The notes under the pieces were generated by a model that saw only the letters and a list, made by a program, of their open reading frames with translations, had not been told where the DNA came from and did no database searches. The position numbers were made by a program, and so were the translations under genes. Positions 1 to 13,600 of a stretch of DNA of 64,000 bases are shown piece by piece. How positions within the stretch are numbered: the first letter of the stretch is position 1; each line of letters opens with the position of its first letter. This stretch comes from Phallusia mammillata (lineage: Eukaryota), in assembly GCA_965637545.1 (NCBI GenBank), contig OZ281494.1:9548001-9612000 (forward strand), written 5' to 3'.

Positions 1-344
1 ACCGAGTACTTAAGTGCAGTGTTGTACTTAGTTGTGTATCACCTGCTAATTTATCTGTCATGGTCGGCGTACAGGCGTGCACACACACATGCAGAAAAAA
101 GTAATCTCCATACAATAGCGAAAAAAATACGTAACCTGGCGGAACTTTTTCCCAAATTTGTACTGTCCGAAGCATATATTGGCACAAAGTTTTCAGTGTT
201 CTTATAGTGTAAATCGGCCTTCGGTACTCGCACGTTGGTATCGAAAACTGAGACAAAATATTTCGATACCGAGTACGAGTATCGATACCACTGAAATCGT
301 TCGATACCATCGATACCGAGTACCGGGAACCCGTCCCATCACTA
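1..344. mobile_element. One end of a non-autonomous hAT-like element (MITE), truncated by the window start
   Basis: Repeated TCGATACC/ACCGAGTAC subterminal motifs (1-9, 230-325) end in GTCCCATCACTA at 344. Its reverse complement TAGTGATGGGAC resembles hAT/Ac-type termini. The other end is not in the window. Confidence 0.55.
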
Positions 345-529
345 GTAATGTAAAAACCAATTAATGTCACATTTACATGTCTTTAGTGGTTTGTATTGGT
401 TACAGCTTTGTGCTTTTACTGTTTCGATGTGTGTTTTAGCTATGATCAATTTAATGTGCCTGGATTGTTTATTATGTCTATTTGACTTCAAGAATATGAT
501 TAAAATGTGATGTTGTTGTTTATGTGCAG

Positions 530-1545
530 GAAAACTTTGTTTGGAAAAGTGTTATCCAACTTGACCATCCTGCAATTATGGTTAAGTCAGCACATATTGA
601 CTTCACAGCCAAGTTCAAGGGCATCCAATATTTTTTGTACCATTGGCCAGTTGCTTCTTTTATTGCTGGCACTTCTGTGTTTTTCCTGCCCATGTTTTTC
701 TTTGTGTCAATGTTCGTGTACATCTGCATTTGGCGGCAATTGTTTTCTGTACAGATTCCTGCACAGGCAGCTGTTCGCAGGGGCACCAGGCAACAAAATG
801 CAGTGCCACCAACACTTACTCATGCTGACATACAACCAGCTCGAATGCCTAGTGGCACAGGTAAGTTTTTCACCTTATTCTTTAATACAGTATATACCCA
901 AAGCATTAGGTTTGACAAAAAAGGTTTTGTTTCTTTCGTCCTTCTTTCACACTCAAAATTAGAACAAACAACTTTCAGTCCCACATTATAAATTTTCTTT
1001 CATATAGTGTAACATATGAATAATATGATCTCCTGCTTCTGTCTGAAATAAGCATATGTTAAAGTAGAAAGTGCAGCAACAATTTTTGATTGGGCAAAAA
1101 AGAGCTTACTGGACTTTTTGGTAGGAAACAATGAAATAGTTGGAGTTCCTGGAGGTTTGCAATTGGAAAATCTAAACCCAATAGCAGATCTATCACGCCG
1201 TTCTTCCTCTTCTTCAATTGAGATGCTTGGGCAATCTCATTCACCAGAAGTTCAAGATGAAATAACAAGCAGCCAAATCAGTTATGTTATGACCCCTTCA
1301 ATTCATGGTAGTCTTCAAACTGAACCACCTAATGCTGAATCCATTTCTGGGTAAGATATGGTCTATCATTCATTTAAAGGCGTAATGGATTAATGATAAG
1401 TGTTGTTAATAAAAGTTTGTTTTCTGGTATGTATGTTGCTCATTCAGGTTGTTTGTGTGCTTGTAGGGAATTTAGTCAAGCAGAAGAAAATGGTTTGCCT
1501 GAAATGGATGGCCAGCTAAGACTAAGACGGACTCCACAAAATTAA
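530..1545 (+). CDS. BSCL2: Seipin, last three coding exons (530-860, ~1077-1350, 1467-1545); 5' part lies outside the window
   Basis: Translation ...IDFTAKFKGIQYFLYHWPVASF followed by a hydrophobic helix matches the seipin GLRYxxYxWP plus TM2 region. GT-AG junctions keep frame (phases 1, 2). Ends LRLRRTPQN*. The acceptor of the middle exon is uncertain by a few codons. Confidence 0.8.
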
Positions 1546-3121
1546 GCTTTAACTCTGCCAGCACTTCTCATTTTCTGCACATTTGTGTTTTATGTCTTAT
1601 CACTGTTGTTTTGTTACATTCTTTATTTTAAGCTGGGTGATCTTCCATCATTTTATTCTTCCATATTTCTTTTTAACCCATTCATTATCATGCTTTGTTC
1701 AAAAATTAAGTGGTAATTGGCAAACATTCTTAACTGTGGTTGAGTAACTTGCTTTGCGCTTTGCATCATATAGGGGCAGATTTTATCGCGGCAGAACTTG
1801 CTGAAAGTGCGTATGTTGCCCTTTCAGCGTGCGTACTAACGCGCATTAATGGATAATAATCAGGTAATGGAGTCAAATCCCGTTGGATAGACCGCTTTCG
1901 GTGTTCTGTATCTTGAAGATTTGGACACTGGAAGCACGGACTTAATTAAGGACAGTATAGTTTGTGGCGTTTAAACGTAAATTTTAATTTTCTTTTTTTG
2001 GAGAGTATTGCCTAAAAGGCGTGTGCCGAATGACGTAAAGTACGGTTGTTTCCAACGGAAGGTTTGTGCTAAGTAGTATGCAACAGAGTTAAACTATAAA
2101 AAGCTCTCGTTAGCATTTCGGCATTAAAGCAGTGTTGTTGATGCAGTATCATTAACGTCGGAACGAGGGGTAACCATCCTGTCTGAAATCTGGTCAGAAA
2201 ATTATGTTTTTTAAAAAGAAATTTTGAACTGAAATTGATTTCTACATTATCTTAAAATGCTGGTTTGTTTACCAATGGTAATAAAATTGGTGAATATAAG
2301 CGCAGCACTCCCGAAAATTACACATAGCAACATCTGATCGGGAACCACTAGCCTACAGACTGCTAACCGAAAAAGCTAACCCAATTCCAAACACCCCGAC
2401 GACATCGTCACTAAATAAGCTGTTCCATACATTGAAAATGTTGGTCTTAATTCATGTACTTAACGAGTTCCAATAGCCCGAGTTGAAGCGTTTGTTTGCT
2501 CACAGACACCGCCTTGTTTTGAGCGCTCTGGAATCACTTTGCATTGGCTTGCCTCCTGCGGTGATTTTATGGCTTTAGCTGGTGTTGGTAACGCTTTGCT
2601 TATTTGCTTAGGAGACCCTCGGATCGGTGGACGTTTATGTCTTGGAACAGTTCAGGCGTTGTTGTGATATGGAATCCAAACACAGTATTTTACGATCCTT
2701 TCCTGGCGTTAGTCTGAGTTGTTTGGTTTGTGGCCATGCAGGACATGTCTTGTCATGTCGCACTTAGTACAGTTGAGATATGAGGCCAGGTTTTTGTGTA
2801 CAAAGCTAAACTCTGCACAGCTTATAACCTTGTTTCAGGTGTTGACCTAGAAGTTGCATCAACTGTTACTGTCAGTGATAAGTAAACTAGAATGAGCTGT
2901 GAGAATTGAATCTCAGTAAAGGACAAAAACTAGAAAGTTTGGGCACGGTAGTTTGCATAGTAAAACTACACTGTAAATTTAGGAATTCAAACAGTTTAAA
3001 CCTGGTTACTTTTTTAACGGTGGTCTTTATTTCTAGAGCTATAGCTATCATATCTCTTTCTTAAGTCTAAGTTATTTGGTTGACAAAACGTGGATGAACT
3101 GTGATGTGACAATTAAGGACA

Positions 3122-6100
3122 ATGGAGTTACATTGTATTGTCAAACAAAGTGTCTCAATGGCGCCACAAAATAAAGTCAGTCCCCAAAATGGAATTGGAT
3201 TAACTGAAAAGGAGTTGCCCAACTCGGAAAGTACTCAAATTGATTCGGATGAGCAGGCAATGGTCGTGAAAAACTCGAATGTAGACACAAGTTTTTCGGA
3301 CGGTTTGTGTGTGTTCCAGGCTTGAAGTTTAATGTTGACAGTATAAACTTTGCGCCATTGTTTCATCGCGTAGCATTGTTTTCGGTTACATGTGGGTTTG
3401 GAAACACGATATCTTAAATTCTACGTTTGATGTTTATACACATTACTAATATGTCACCGGTCCCACATTAAAATGTTTTTAGTTTCAAAGTAATATTAAT
3501 TAGCAAAACAACTTACAAGATGCAATGGTGCTAATGAAGCTATTGAAGGCTTTGGAAAAACTGTTCAACGGGTTGAGGTTTTTAAACTGTAATATTTCCA
3601 CAGATACAACTGATTTTGCGACTATTGGGCCCAATGGTCCTTGTCCTGAAGTAAGCGGTGCTCGCGTGACGTCACCAGGAAAACATTGGAGAACTTTGCG
3701 CACAACTTTAGCTGCTAACACAGCATTTCAACAAGCTGAACGCGAAAAACGCAAAAGGGTAAGTAACCTATGCAAGTGTGTCATAGTATATCGGCCCGCA
3801 AATGTTACACATTCTTAACCGAGTATTGCTCACTTTGTATAACGGCACAATGTCATTTTTGTCCAAGTTACGTCGGTTATAAACGTTTCCAGCTAAGCGC
3901 AAACGCGCTTGTAGTGACGCTATTGATCGAACAAACGTCGGTTGAAACGCAACAATTTCAATTGTATTGAAATTCACAGGCATTTTAATGCAACATAAAG
4001 ATGACATTAAAGTTTGGGAAGCCCTGTCCTATACATTATACAAGACGCCTTCATCAGGATAATGGCATATCTTGCAAGAAAAATTTCTTGTAAAGCGACA
4101 AATTGAAACCATCCACACACATAAAACAGCGATAGCAAGATCGTGCGGCTGCAAACTCGCTTCAGCGTAGTGATAAAACAAGCTCAGTGGTATAAAAGCG
4201 GCCGATAATTTATCGACATTAGAACATCTGTTAACGTTCATTGTGTTGGCGTGTGAATGGATGTTTCAAGACTCTGGGAAACTTCGCTCGTGGTAATCGG
4301 TTTCCTTCATCAACACTTGAACAGCAGAAAAGTTAACGCTGTAGTTGTGGGTGGTTAGCCTACATGGTTTGCCAACGCTTATTTCTTAGCATCATTCTTG
4401 CCCACATCCCTTTCGTGCTCCTTCCGGCGCGTATTTAAACTTCTACCCGTTTCATCGATGTAAATTTTGTCACAATCTCCACATCTAGGAAGGCAAGACG
4501 GTTGTTGCGTTCCAATTCCATAGTGAATGCAATTCCCTGTTGCACATTGTTCAAATTACGCCGAAACTATGTTACCTGGTGTTTATCAATGATATAGAAT
4601 GTATCATCCACACATCGTCGCCAGAACCGTGGTGGTTTGGCAAAAGTTTGCAAGGCACGTTCCTTCACAGACTCCATGACCATGTTGGCAACGGCCACTG
4701 ACAACAGAGAGCCTATGGCCGTGCCATGCATTTGTTTGCGTTTTGTATGGGTCGTCGAAACTTCAATTGTTTATGATACAACTGCTGGATGAGCAATACT
4801 CGGATATACATTTTGCCTGGCGCTGGCAGCAATAGCTTATTTAGTTCAAATTCATGTTACTTTAAAACCTCAGAAACGCTACCAATAAAGTGGGCTAATT
4901 TGTTCAACACATACTATTGTTAAACGAAGTGTATCTGTGGAAAATTATTATAGTGCGGTATTACAAAATCATGTATCAGAATGTTGGTGAGCAATGTTGT
5001 TTTTATGTCCTTTATTATTTTTGTCACATAAGGTATTATTGGAAGCCATATTGCAGCATTAGTGTACGTTCAACCTGCTTTAATATCAGTACGCGCAAAT
5101 TTTAGTTGGTTTTGGATGGTCGGCTAAAGAGTATACTGAAGTTAAAGTAACATTTCTGCAATGTTGATTCGGCGGCGTAACGAAAACCCGAAAATTTCTG
5201 ACTCTGTGATGGACTTAAAAAGCCCTGTTATGTGAATTTTAACACATTTCGAAAACATGCGATCGCGTATATACAAGTTGTATGACTTATTGTTTATAAA
5301 TCCAGTGCTTGTTATAGATTCATCGTCAAATGAATGGTTCAAAGGCGGCAATACCTGTCCTACCTTTGCCACTGGCGGTCATGCTATTGATTTTTAATTG
5401 CCTAATACCCGGGTTAGGTAAGTTTATTCTATGATGCAAACCCTCTAAAACAAATTTATTATCTTCACTGTGTGGATTTTGCAGGGACCATTCTTTCCGG
5501 TTTTACCTTTATTTGTTGCGCAACTACTTATGACAAACAAGACCGGGATGATTTATCAGTCAAAATTCCGGGCCTGGTACGTTATTAGATGAGTAGCGCT
5601 ACTAACACAGGAACTCACCCTACAGGCTTGCTAATTTCCTGTAGGTGGAAATACTTTAAGGCAGTTTGTGTAAAAAAAAATGCTGACGATCAGAGATATT
5701 GGGGTTGGTATGAGATTTGATAATAATAATAGCAATAAAATGAACCTAAAAACCCAGTTCTTAATCCTATTCCAGTCTCACTATAATAATTTAAATAACT
5801 GCGCTGTTGTGTGAGTTCCTATGTTAGTAGTTCTACCTATTAGCTGGTTTAATTATACAATGGCGGCTTGGCCTATACATTCAAAGGTGTTCATTTAACC
5901 AATATGCGATCAGAAAACATTTCTTGTTGTTAAAATTAATAACATTGTTTTGTCAGACATGTTGCCGCCCGAAAGAATATAAATTGTTTTATTAAAAAGG
6001 TTAACAATTTTACTAGGTCGATTTTATTACAAGTTGGCAATAAACTACAAAATCGTTTGCTCTTTGTTCGCTGACATATGAAAGGACCTGATTGACGTCA

Positions 6101-6258
6101 TTCTCCTTTTGCAGGTGGCCACAAACATCTGTGTAGGAATGGCCCAGTTGCTTACAGTTACTTTCGTCCTAGTCGGTTGGTTCTGGAGCATTTCTTGGGG
6201 CATTACTATGGTGTATCTGGCTGTTGATCGGGAAAAGCAACAGTCGAAACGAATTTGA
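3122..6258 (+). CDS. STUM: Protein stum homolog (stum/SPEC3 family membrane protein); exons 3122-3301, 3604-3758, 5318-5417, 5485-5576, 6115-6258
   Basis: Spliced product contains AAIPVLPLPLAVMLLIFNCLIPGLGTILSGF...VATNICVGMAQLLTVTFVLVGWFWSISWGITMV, the characteristic stum C-terminal domain. Junction phases (1, 0, 1, 0) are consistent. The first exon is less certain. Confidence 0.8.
3830..4745 (-). mobile_element. Degenerate Penelope-like retroelement fragment (RT core plus GIY-YIG-like remnant) in stum intron 2
   Basis: Minus-strand reading 4745-4460: KQMHGTAIGSLLSVAVANMVME...PPRFWRRCVDDTF...*...AFTMELERNNRLAFLDV, a typical PLE RT pattern (GxAMGSPLS / RYVDD / FTME / FLDV) with an in-frame stop. 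The downstream part is weakly similar and deleted. Confidence 0.7.
5593..5836. mobile_element. MITE with ~26-bp terminal inverted repeats in a stum intron
   Basis: GTAGCGCTACTAACACAGGAACTCAC (5593) pairs with GTGAGTTCCTATGTTAGTAGTTCTAC (ending 5836). A further copy of the right end occurs at ~30543-30570. Confidence 0.6.
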
Positions 6259-9200
6259 CCAAGGCTTACCTATAGTTTTGTAAATAAGGGTTTCGCACGC
6301 CTATTTGCATTTACGTCTCGAGGAAAAGTCAAAGCCAGAGTCAAACGAGTGAGGACACGCCGTGACAGTTGGAAACCTCGAGTCCAAACCAAACGAACCC
6401 GTTGTTGCTTGATTGCCACCCATCGGCAAGGTTTTTTATTTATTTCTCAACCAGTATTCACTATAACAGTCACCAGAGACCATAGTGCAAAAACTATCTG
6501 ACCTTAAAACTCGCATAGAAAGAGTAAAGATCTTGGCTCAAAATGAATGAATGCTTCAAAGCATGCTTGAAAATTTTGATTAGGTTATTATCGCTTGACA
6601 TATCCAAACTTGTTCGCCAATTTATCCGTTCGGCCATGACTATTGCTGCTACTTTCATTCATTGAGATTTGCCTGTTTAAATGTTTTTTTTTTTCGCGTC
6701 ACGCACTTTATAAAGCAAAATAAATAAATAAATCTTTATTCAAAGAACGATAGGAGAGGTACTATATAAAGTATGGGAAATGGCATGACAGATTTTGTTC
6801 AACATAAAAAAAACCTTGCTTTTTTATGCAGGCCTCATAATTGAAACAACCCGACTGCTCTCTTTTGACCCCAAGCGACATGAGAAATAAAACAGCGCAC
6901 AGCGACCCTATGTAAATTTACCACACTAACCTCACTATAACAATCATAGCTTGCATAGTTGCATTGCAGCTAAAGGTTTAACCGAGATTCCAGTTTTTTT
7001 AGTTTTCGTTTGTTCCTGGTAGCCTATGTTCCTACAAGTATTTTTAGCCATGACACTCTCGTTGACCCCGGTGTGGTTGCTAAAATCAACTTGGCGAGGT
7101 AATGTTGTAGCAGGTGATGTAGGAATCACAACATGAGTTGGCTGATTGCCGAAATGCACAGCAAACATGCAAGCTACGTTAAAATGGGATGGAAAAATCA
7201 CTGTGCAAGAGTTTGCAGACGTGGCAAAGTGTTCTGCATCGACTCTTGCCACCATATCTTGAGTGTGGAGAATGAGTGATGACAAATTGAAAGAGAGGAT
7301 CTCGAGACCGATTGGCTAATGACAAAAGAATGTCACTGCGTGCTGCGCGAATTACATGTCACGAACGTTTATTGTCCACCGAACAACAGGTCGAATGATG
7401 AGACCGGACACAAACGCACGGCGAATGCATGGGAAAAGTGAAGGTCATGCACATGTGTTTTGAAAGCAAACAAACTCGGGTAGCAAAGGGAAAAAAACGT
7501 TCTTTAATGGTTCTGCTCAAAACCGCCTAAAAATGGTTAGTTAGAGAGTTAGTTATTTGCTTTGCGTCGTGTAACATCGACGATCCATTGAATCGGCTGC
7601 GACAAAATGCGATCATGATTTTTATGACGATGATGATGATAAGGTCGGCGACCCTTTTCGGGAAATAACCACGAAAAGGGAGTAAACAGATTGAAAGTTG
7701 CCGCCTTGCAAGTATGTATAAGTGAGTGAAAGATATGTACAGATGTGAAATTCGATATAACAACGACGGTGTTACGACGCTAGGTTATGCAGATGATGAC
7801 AAATGAAACCTGTACACTGGCGGGGTTTTGCAACGATCCACAGGGAAACTACAGCAAAAAACAGCAGGAAGACACAGAATAGAACATTGATGGGTGTAAA
7901 CAACGCACACGTCAGCAATTGCTGGTAAAAATTCGTGTTTCGGTTTATTAAAAAAATATACATCGGAAACACTGGAAACATTCCGTTGACACTTTTTTTC
8001 GGGCCTCATGCAAAACGCAAATCATGCTAAGGAAGGAATGCAAGTGCGCCCCTAGTGGCGCAAATGCGAGTAACATCTACGATAGAGGACAGTTTTGTGC
8101 CTCGTATGTCTAGCAGCATTTCACGACGTTGAAAACGGCAATAGCGGTGCTACATAAAGTACGTTGAAAAAATAAACACAAAAGCGTTCAACAAGCAGTA
8201 ATGGCTTAAAACAAGATGCACTGTGCCATTTGTACTCGGGCCGTAAACGCAAACACTTGGTCGGTTGTTTACGCTAAAAGTGAGATAATGCCTAACACTG
8301 AAGATATGCTAGAGACAGTTGACGTCGTTACGGGATTGTTTCGAAACGAAACCCGACTGATGAGTGGCTGATGCTTCGGTGCTTCACAGTGGCTGCGCAT
8401 GTTCGTTTCAACGAGTATGGAAAGGCCTGTTAGGCGACATTCGAACAGTTCAAGCCAGCAGCATTGATAATGCCGACCCGGGCAAGCATTGCGCCGGGTT
8501 AGTTTGTGAGATTACAAATAAAAAAGATAAACAACACTCACCGTCATGATGATTGGACCCCAACATCCTTCTGCTGTCACGTCCTCTGAAACAAAAGCTT
8601 CATTCTGTCTATCTACTCTGCTGCACACTTTGTGATACTCAACCGGTTTTCTAACATTTTTCCTGCCCATATGTTGTTTTATGTAACGCGACTTGTGGAT
8701 TGTGGTGGTTTGAACGCGACTCGAGAGTGCACAGTGTCAGATGATGAACTATTCAGTGACATGTGTTGCACAGACGAAGTTTTCGTCCGCGTGAAGAAAC
8801 TATACCGTCAAGAGAAGCGACCTTTGCAGTCGATCAATAGAGCGTGTTTGATTGTGATTGGCGGGGACGAGGGATTAATGATGGCTGTGTGTGATTGGTA
8901 GAGGTGCGGACAGATCTGAGTATGTGTGTGTGCAGAAAAGGCTGATCGGTGGTAACGAAAACCGAAAAGCGCCGTGTGTGACGCGCTGTGCCAGCTAATC
9001 GATGATTTTTCTAAGGACATGACAGCGAATGGATGCCGAGAACCAATCATGATGACGATGGCGACACAGACACCTGGAACAATCTAGAACAAGAAGAAGC
9101 GAAGGGTGACGATCTAATCGAATATCCTTAAATGGTACGAACTATGGAAACAGTATAGGATAGAGATTATATGGCAGCAAGTGAAAAGTATAATCGAAAC

Positions 9201-10612
9201 GAAAAACTGAACATGTGATTTAACGTGAATGAAGGCTACCATGCAATACAGAAATTATTTTTTGGTACAGGCGAGAAAAAGATTTGCTACACTTTGTTTG
9301 CCGTATTGGGATTCGAAAAGGGCAAGGGACAATTGCTAGAAAAGGCGCAAATAACATTTCCTGGTTTAACGTTTGTTCCTACTGTGCCACTTTTGTGCGC
9401 GGTCCAACTATAGCTCAAGCGATTCTTTGAACGCTGACATACAAGGAAGTTGCTTCGGGAATTACTCGAGGGACTAACAGCGCTTGGTTGGCCCGTCTCC
9501 CAGTGGGATCAGGCTGGTTTTGTCAGGCGGCGGACTGTTAAGATTTCCCATTCGGCGCGCCAACATTCCCTAGCGAGGCAAGCTCCTGAGAACAGCCTGG
9601 CGGCGAAACAGCCACCGCAGACGTAAGCTGTTGTCCGAAACCCACGAAATATATCTCTGCGGTCTAAAAACTACAACGCACAGAATGGCACGTACGTTAA
9701 CTAATCGCTTACAGTAATATATCAGTAAATTGGAAGACTTAAGTGAAAAATGTTGATTTTAGCTGCTCCATGGACAAACTATTCGCTGTAAGCCCATTTG
9801 AGCAAAAACATACTGTTGACATGGTGATGGTTGCTCTGGTAACTACTACAAGTTCCTGTTGACCGCGTCACAGTTTTCCGATCGGCGGCAATAAAGGCCG
9901 ATATGATGTCTACCGGGAAATGCCAAGCACTTTACCGCTTGGTGGGCCGAGGCAGCTTTTCGCCAAACATGGAAGCAATAAACGCGAGGGTGCGGTGTCC
10001 CAGCGGATGCGGAAGACGCGCACGGAACAAATAGTCGGGTCGTCGGTGGCGGCGCGAGTGCTACGTGCGTTGTGTGGACTTGTACTATCTGCAGGTTGCG
10101 ACGATGGTGGCACAGTAACGTAAAAAAGCAAATGGCGGAAAAACGTTTTTGCAGCGAGGCTTGCTTGATCGACGTTACGAAAAAAGATATAATAGATCGA
10201 TTAAAAACAATGACGTGCCATGCATTGAACAGTAACATAAAGCTTGTTGTGAAAAGTGTGAAACTTTTCTTTTCTATCTTGTTTAAAGTCGCTGCCACTT
10301 AAACGGCTACTTTCCGATCCAAAATCAGCAGCTGATCAAAACAAATCAGCAATGGAAGCAGGCGATAAGGTTTATATTAATAAACTAATATCTTTGCCAC
10401 TGGGTGGCCAGACACGGAAAGTGGAACTTTTCGGCAATCCAATGCAAATGCGTTCAGACTCAGCTGCTGAAATGTTTTCTAATGTATGCCATATGTATGT
10501 CAAGGTAACATAGCGGATAGAGCAAAATAAAACTTATTACGGCGGGTTTGGCATGACGCGTTACATTAAGTGGAAGACTGACTAGCTACACAGCAGGAAA
10601 ATTGCTGACGAT

Positions 10613-13600
10613 TCACATAAACTTGACTTGCTGGGCCCGGGCACTTTGGGCTGCCGCAATCCGCTGTGTTATAAGCAGCTGTGCGGTCTGGGGGCTCGGC
10701 GGTTTTCCAGTGATGGACACTTTCCTGTTTCTAGTACCTACCACATACTCGCCCTTCTTCGATATCTGGATTTTTGCCCCTGAAATATCCTGATACTCAA
10801 CTAAAGTTCGACCGGCTTTGCCCAAAATTGCCCCGATCAAATTTTCGGGGATCGACAGTTCAATCGTCTCACGTTGTCCGTCGCTCGATTTTTCGACACT
10901 CAGCAGACCCACTCCCGCTGACTGGGGATTGAGACCGACCGGTATCGATTGGGTGGAAGCCATCGAAATGCTGGTAGGTGTTACAGCCGACGGAGGGTGC
11001 TGTGCCACTGAATTGGTCGCACATGGAATCGACGAAGGCGTGCTGCTGAACAGGTGAGGATGGCTCGCCGCCGTAATGTAGCCAGCCGAGGCTAAACTGG
11101 CAAGGTAATTGTTGTTTTGAAGCGACAACGTCTGTGCTGGAACTGCTGTGCCGAATCCAGCCGGAAGTGAACTTTCGCCAGGCAAAGCGGTAGCAGACAA
11201 AATTGGAGTTGACGAGGATAAAGGACTGACACTTCCTCCGAGTGAGGCGTTCGGTATTACGCCGAACGAAGGACTGGGACTCGTAGCGTGCACGCCGGGC
11301 ATCAAAGCGCTGTAGTTAACACCACCAACTGTATAACCCAATGTACTCATGGCAGCATTGATGGTCGTAAGCTCACCGTTGGCCGCTGACACTGCCGGGT
11401 ACGCCGTCGCATGGTGAGCGTACGTTGGCAAGGCTGCCTGTAAAACAGTCGGATGCTGACCTGGTATGACATAATGTCCAAGCATGGCAGCTACTGCTGG
11501 GTGTGCTGCATCGACAATCGCAGCTGAACCGGCAGCGTACGGTGAACCAGTTGGATTGGCATTTGCCACCGGACCAGCTATTCCGGAGTAGCTGATGTTG
11601 GGACAGCTCGCACTCTGCGGATCGTCCTTAATCTTGTCGATGATGATGTTGGATGCCGCGATCAATTGATGTTTTTCGCCTTTTATGGTGATCACACGTT
11701 CCTGAACGTTGACGCCATCCGGTTTCTGCGAGAGTTGCACCTGTAAAAGCATAAAGGCGTCAATATCGATCGCTCTGACGCCCCGTTGGTAATGCCGTAA
11801 AGCCCTTCGTGTCTAATGCCTTTTTTGTTGCTCTATTTTTTGTCTTAGTCTTTAGTTCAGAAATAATTGCATTGTGCGCATTTTAAAACGCGAAATAACT
11901 TAGTATCTGATCATTTTAAGTGTGTGCACTAGGTGTCGACAAAGATCATTTTTTACCTTTGATCCACTTTCTTCCATGATAGTTTTAACTGTCGCTCCTG
12001 CTTTCCCGATGACTAATCCAGCCGTTGTGTTAGGAACAATCATCTTAACCTGAAAAACAAGTACAGAAATGATAAAATGACCCATACTTGCTTTGTGAAG
12101 GCACGACGTTGTTAGTTCAGAACTTGCAAATCAACTTTTGTACAGTTTGTACAGTGCAACACTTGCTGTTTTGGCCTTTTGCGAACTCATTACAAACAAA
12201 TAATTTGTCAAATATACTTCGAGCCGTATAGGATATCGCCACATTTGTGTTCAAGTCATATATGGTGTACATTTGTGCCAACACGTATCTTTAAAGAAGA
12301 ACAGTAGCTTTTGAAACGGCGCTCGAAACTAATTGAGTCAATTTCGGCCGGGATCGATGTAGTCGGGAAGCATTGGGACGCAATGGAACGAGTGAGTACG
12401 TGTGTGTGTTTATGATGAGGAACCCCTTGGGGATTGCTCCGGTCACATTACCTCGGCGAGCAGCTGCGCTCCTCTTGCCTGCGCTCCGAATTCGTTTATT
12501 GCAGTGACGACCCGTGGGGAATTGCGAAGAATTAAAGAAACAACCTGACGGGGCGGATGCAGATTCAGCAGATGTGAAAAAATAAAACTGACTGATGGCC
12601 GATGACGACATTCGCATTGGCGTATAGTAACATTTAGTATGTTTTATAGGATCTGTCCCTTCAATATAGTTGGCATCGTATGTCGACGATCACTTTTTAA
12701 TTGTGTTCATTTTTTCATACATGCGAGCTCTGACTTGAGACCGTACGGCGTACGCAATAAGCAGGCGCTTGTAGCAGGTCGTTCTACCTTCCTTTTGTGT
12801 GTTGGTTTTATTACTTGTTTTATGTTTTTTTCCTTGTTGCATTACTTAGTTTTGGCAAAGGTACTGATGATGCCGACAGAGGGTGCAATATATATCTCGT
12901 TTTAAAGACAGTTGTGTTGATTCTGATTTAAATCACTAGTGCTTTGGCATTAAATAATATCGGCCTATATTTTTGTCAAACAACTTTTTCATCACACATT
13001 TTTTTGCATTTTGAATAAATATTTCAGAAATGTAAACATTTCAAAAATATTTATTTAACTTCCTTTCCTTTTCACTCCTAGGAACATTGTTTGTGCATGA
13101 AGCTTATTGAACCACCGTTTTCAAACCTGGCAAACCCCGACATTAGTATATGTTACCAAATTTTGCTGTATCAGTACCAACCACTTGTGCACAGCTATAT
13201 ATACGTCATGTGACAAGCAAAACCAGAAAAAAAGTTTCCAAAGCTTGTTTGTTGGCCGAAACTGTCAGAGTGCTTTATGTAGTAAATGCATTGTAATGCA
13301 GACGCTGTCTCCATTGTTAATTTGAGCGATTGCGGAAAAGTTGGCATGTCAACATTAACCATACATATGCTTTCTGTCATTTTGACTTTCTGATGTATCT
13401 ATGTTTTTAGTTCAGCCAATTTTTTGCTCGACATCGATTGAAACGGAAACATAAGGAAGCAGTTCAAGTATTATGGTCGGTGCAAAGCAGGCTTACCCCA
13501 TTGTCTCGATATAAGCAACACGCAAGGCAGGCACAAGGGTGCACAAAAAGCACACAGCATGATTTCCAAGGGTTCATGATGTGACGTTTGCCTTTTACAA

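Noticed and set aside
2460-2830. Possible piggyBac C-terminal Cys-rich remnant (QCKVIPERSKTRRC) on the minus strand
   Set aside because: Too short and interrupted by stops; no TTAA-flanked TIRs identified.
8045-8060. CTCF-like motif GCCACTAGGGGCGC
   Set aside because: It is one base short of the core consensus spacing and is a single short match.
12291-12617. 108-aa minus-strand ORF in a Nova intron as an independent gene
   Set aside because: No homology. The plausible coding signal is the 93-nt exon in a different frame.
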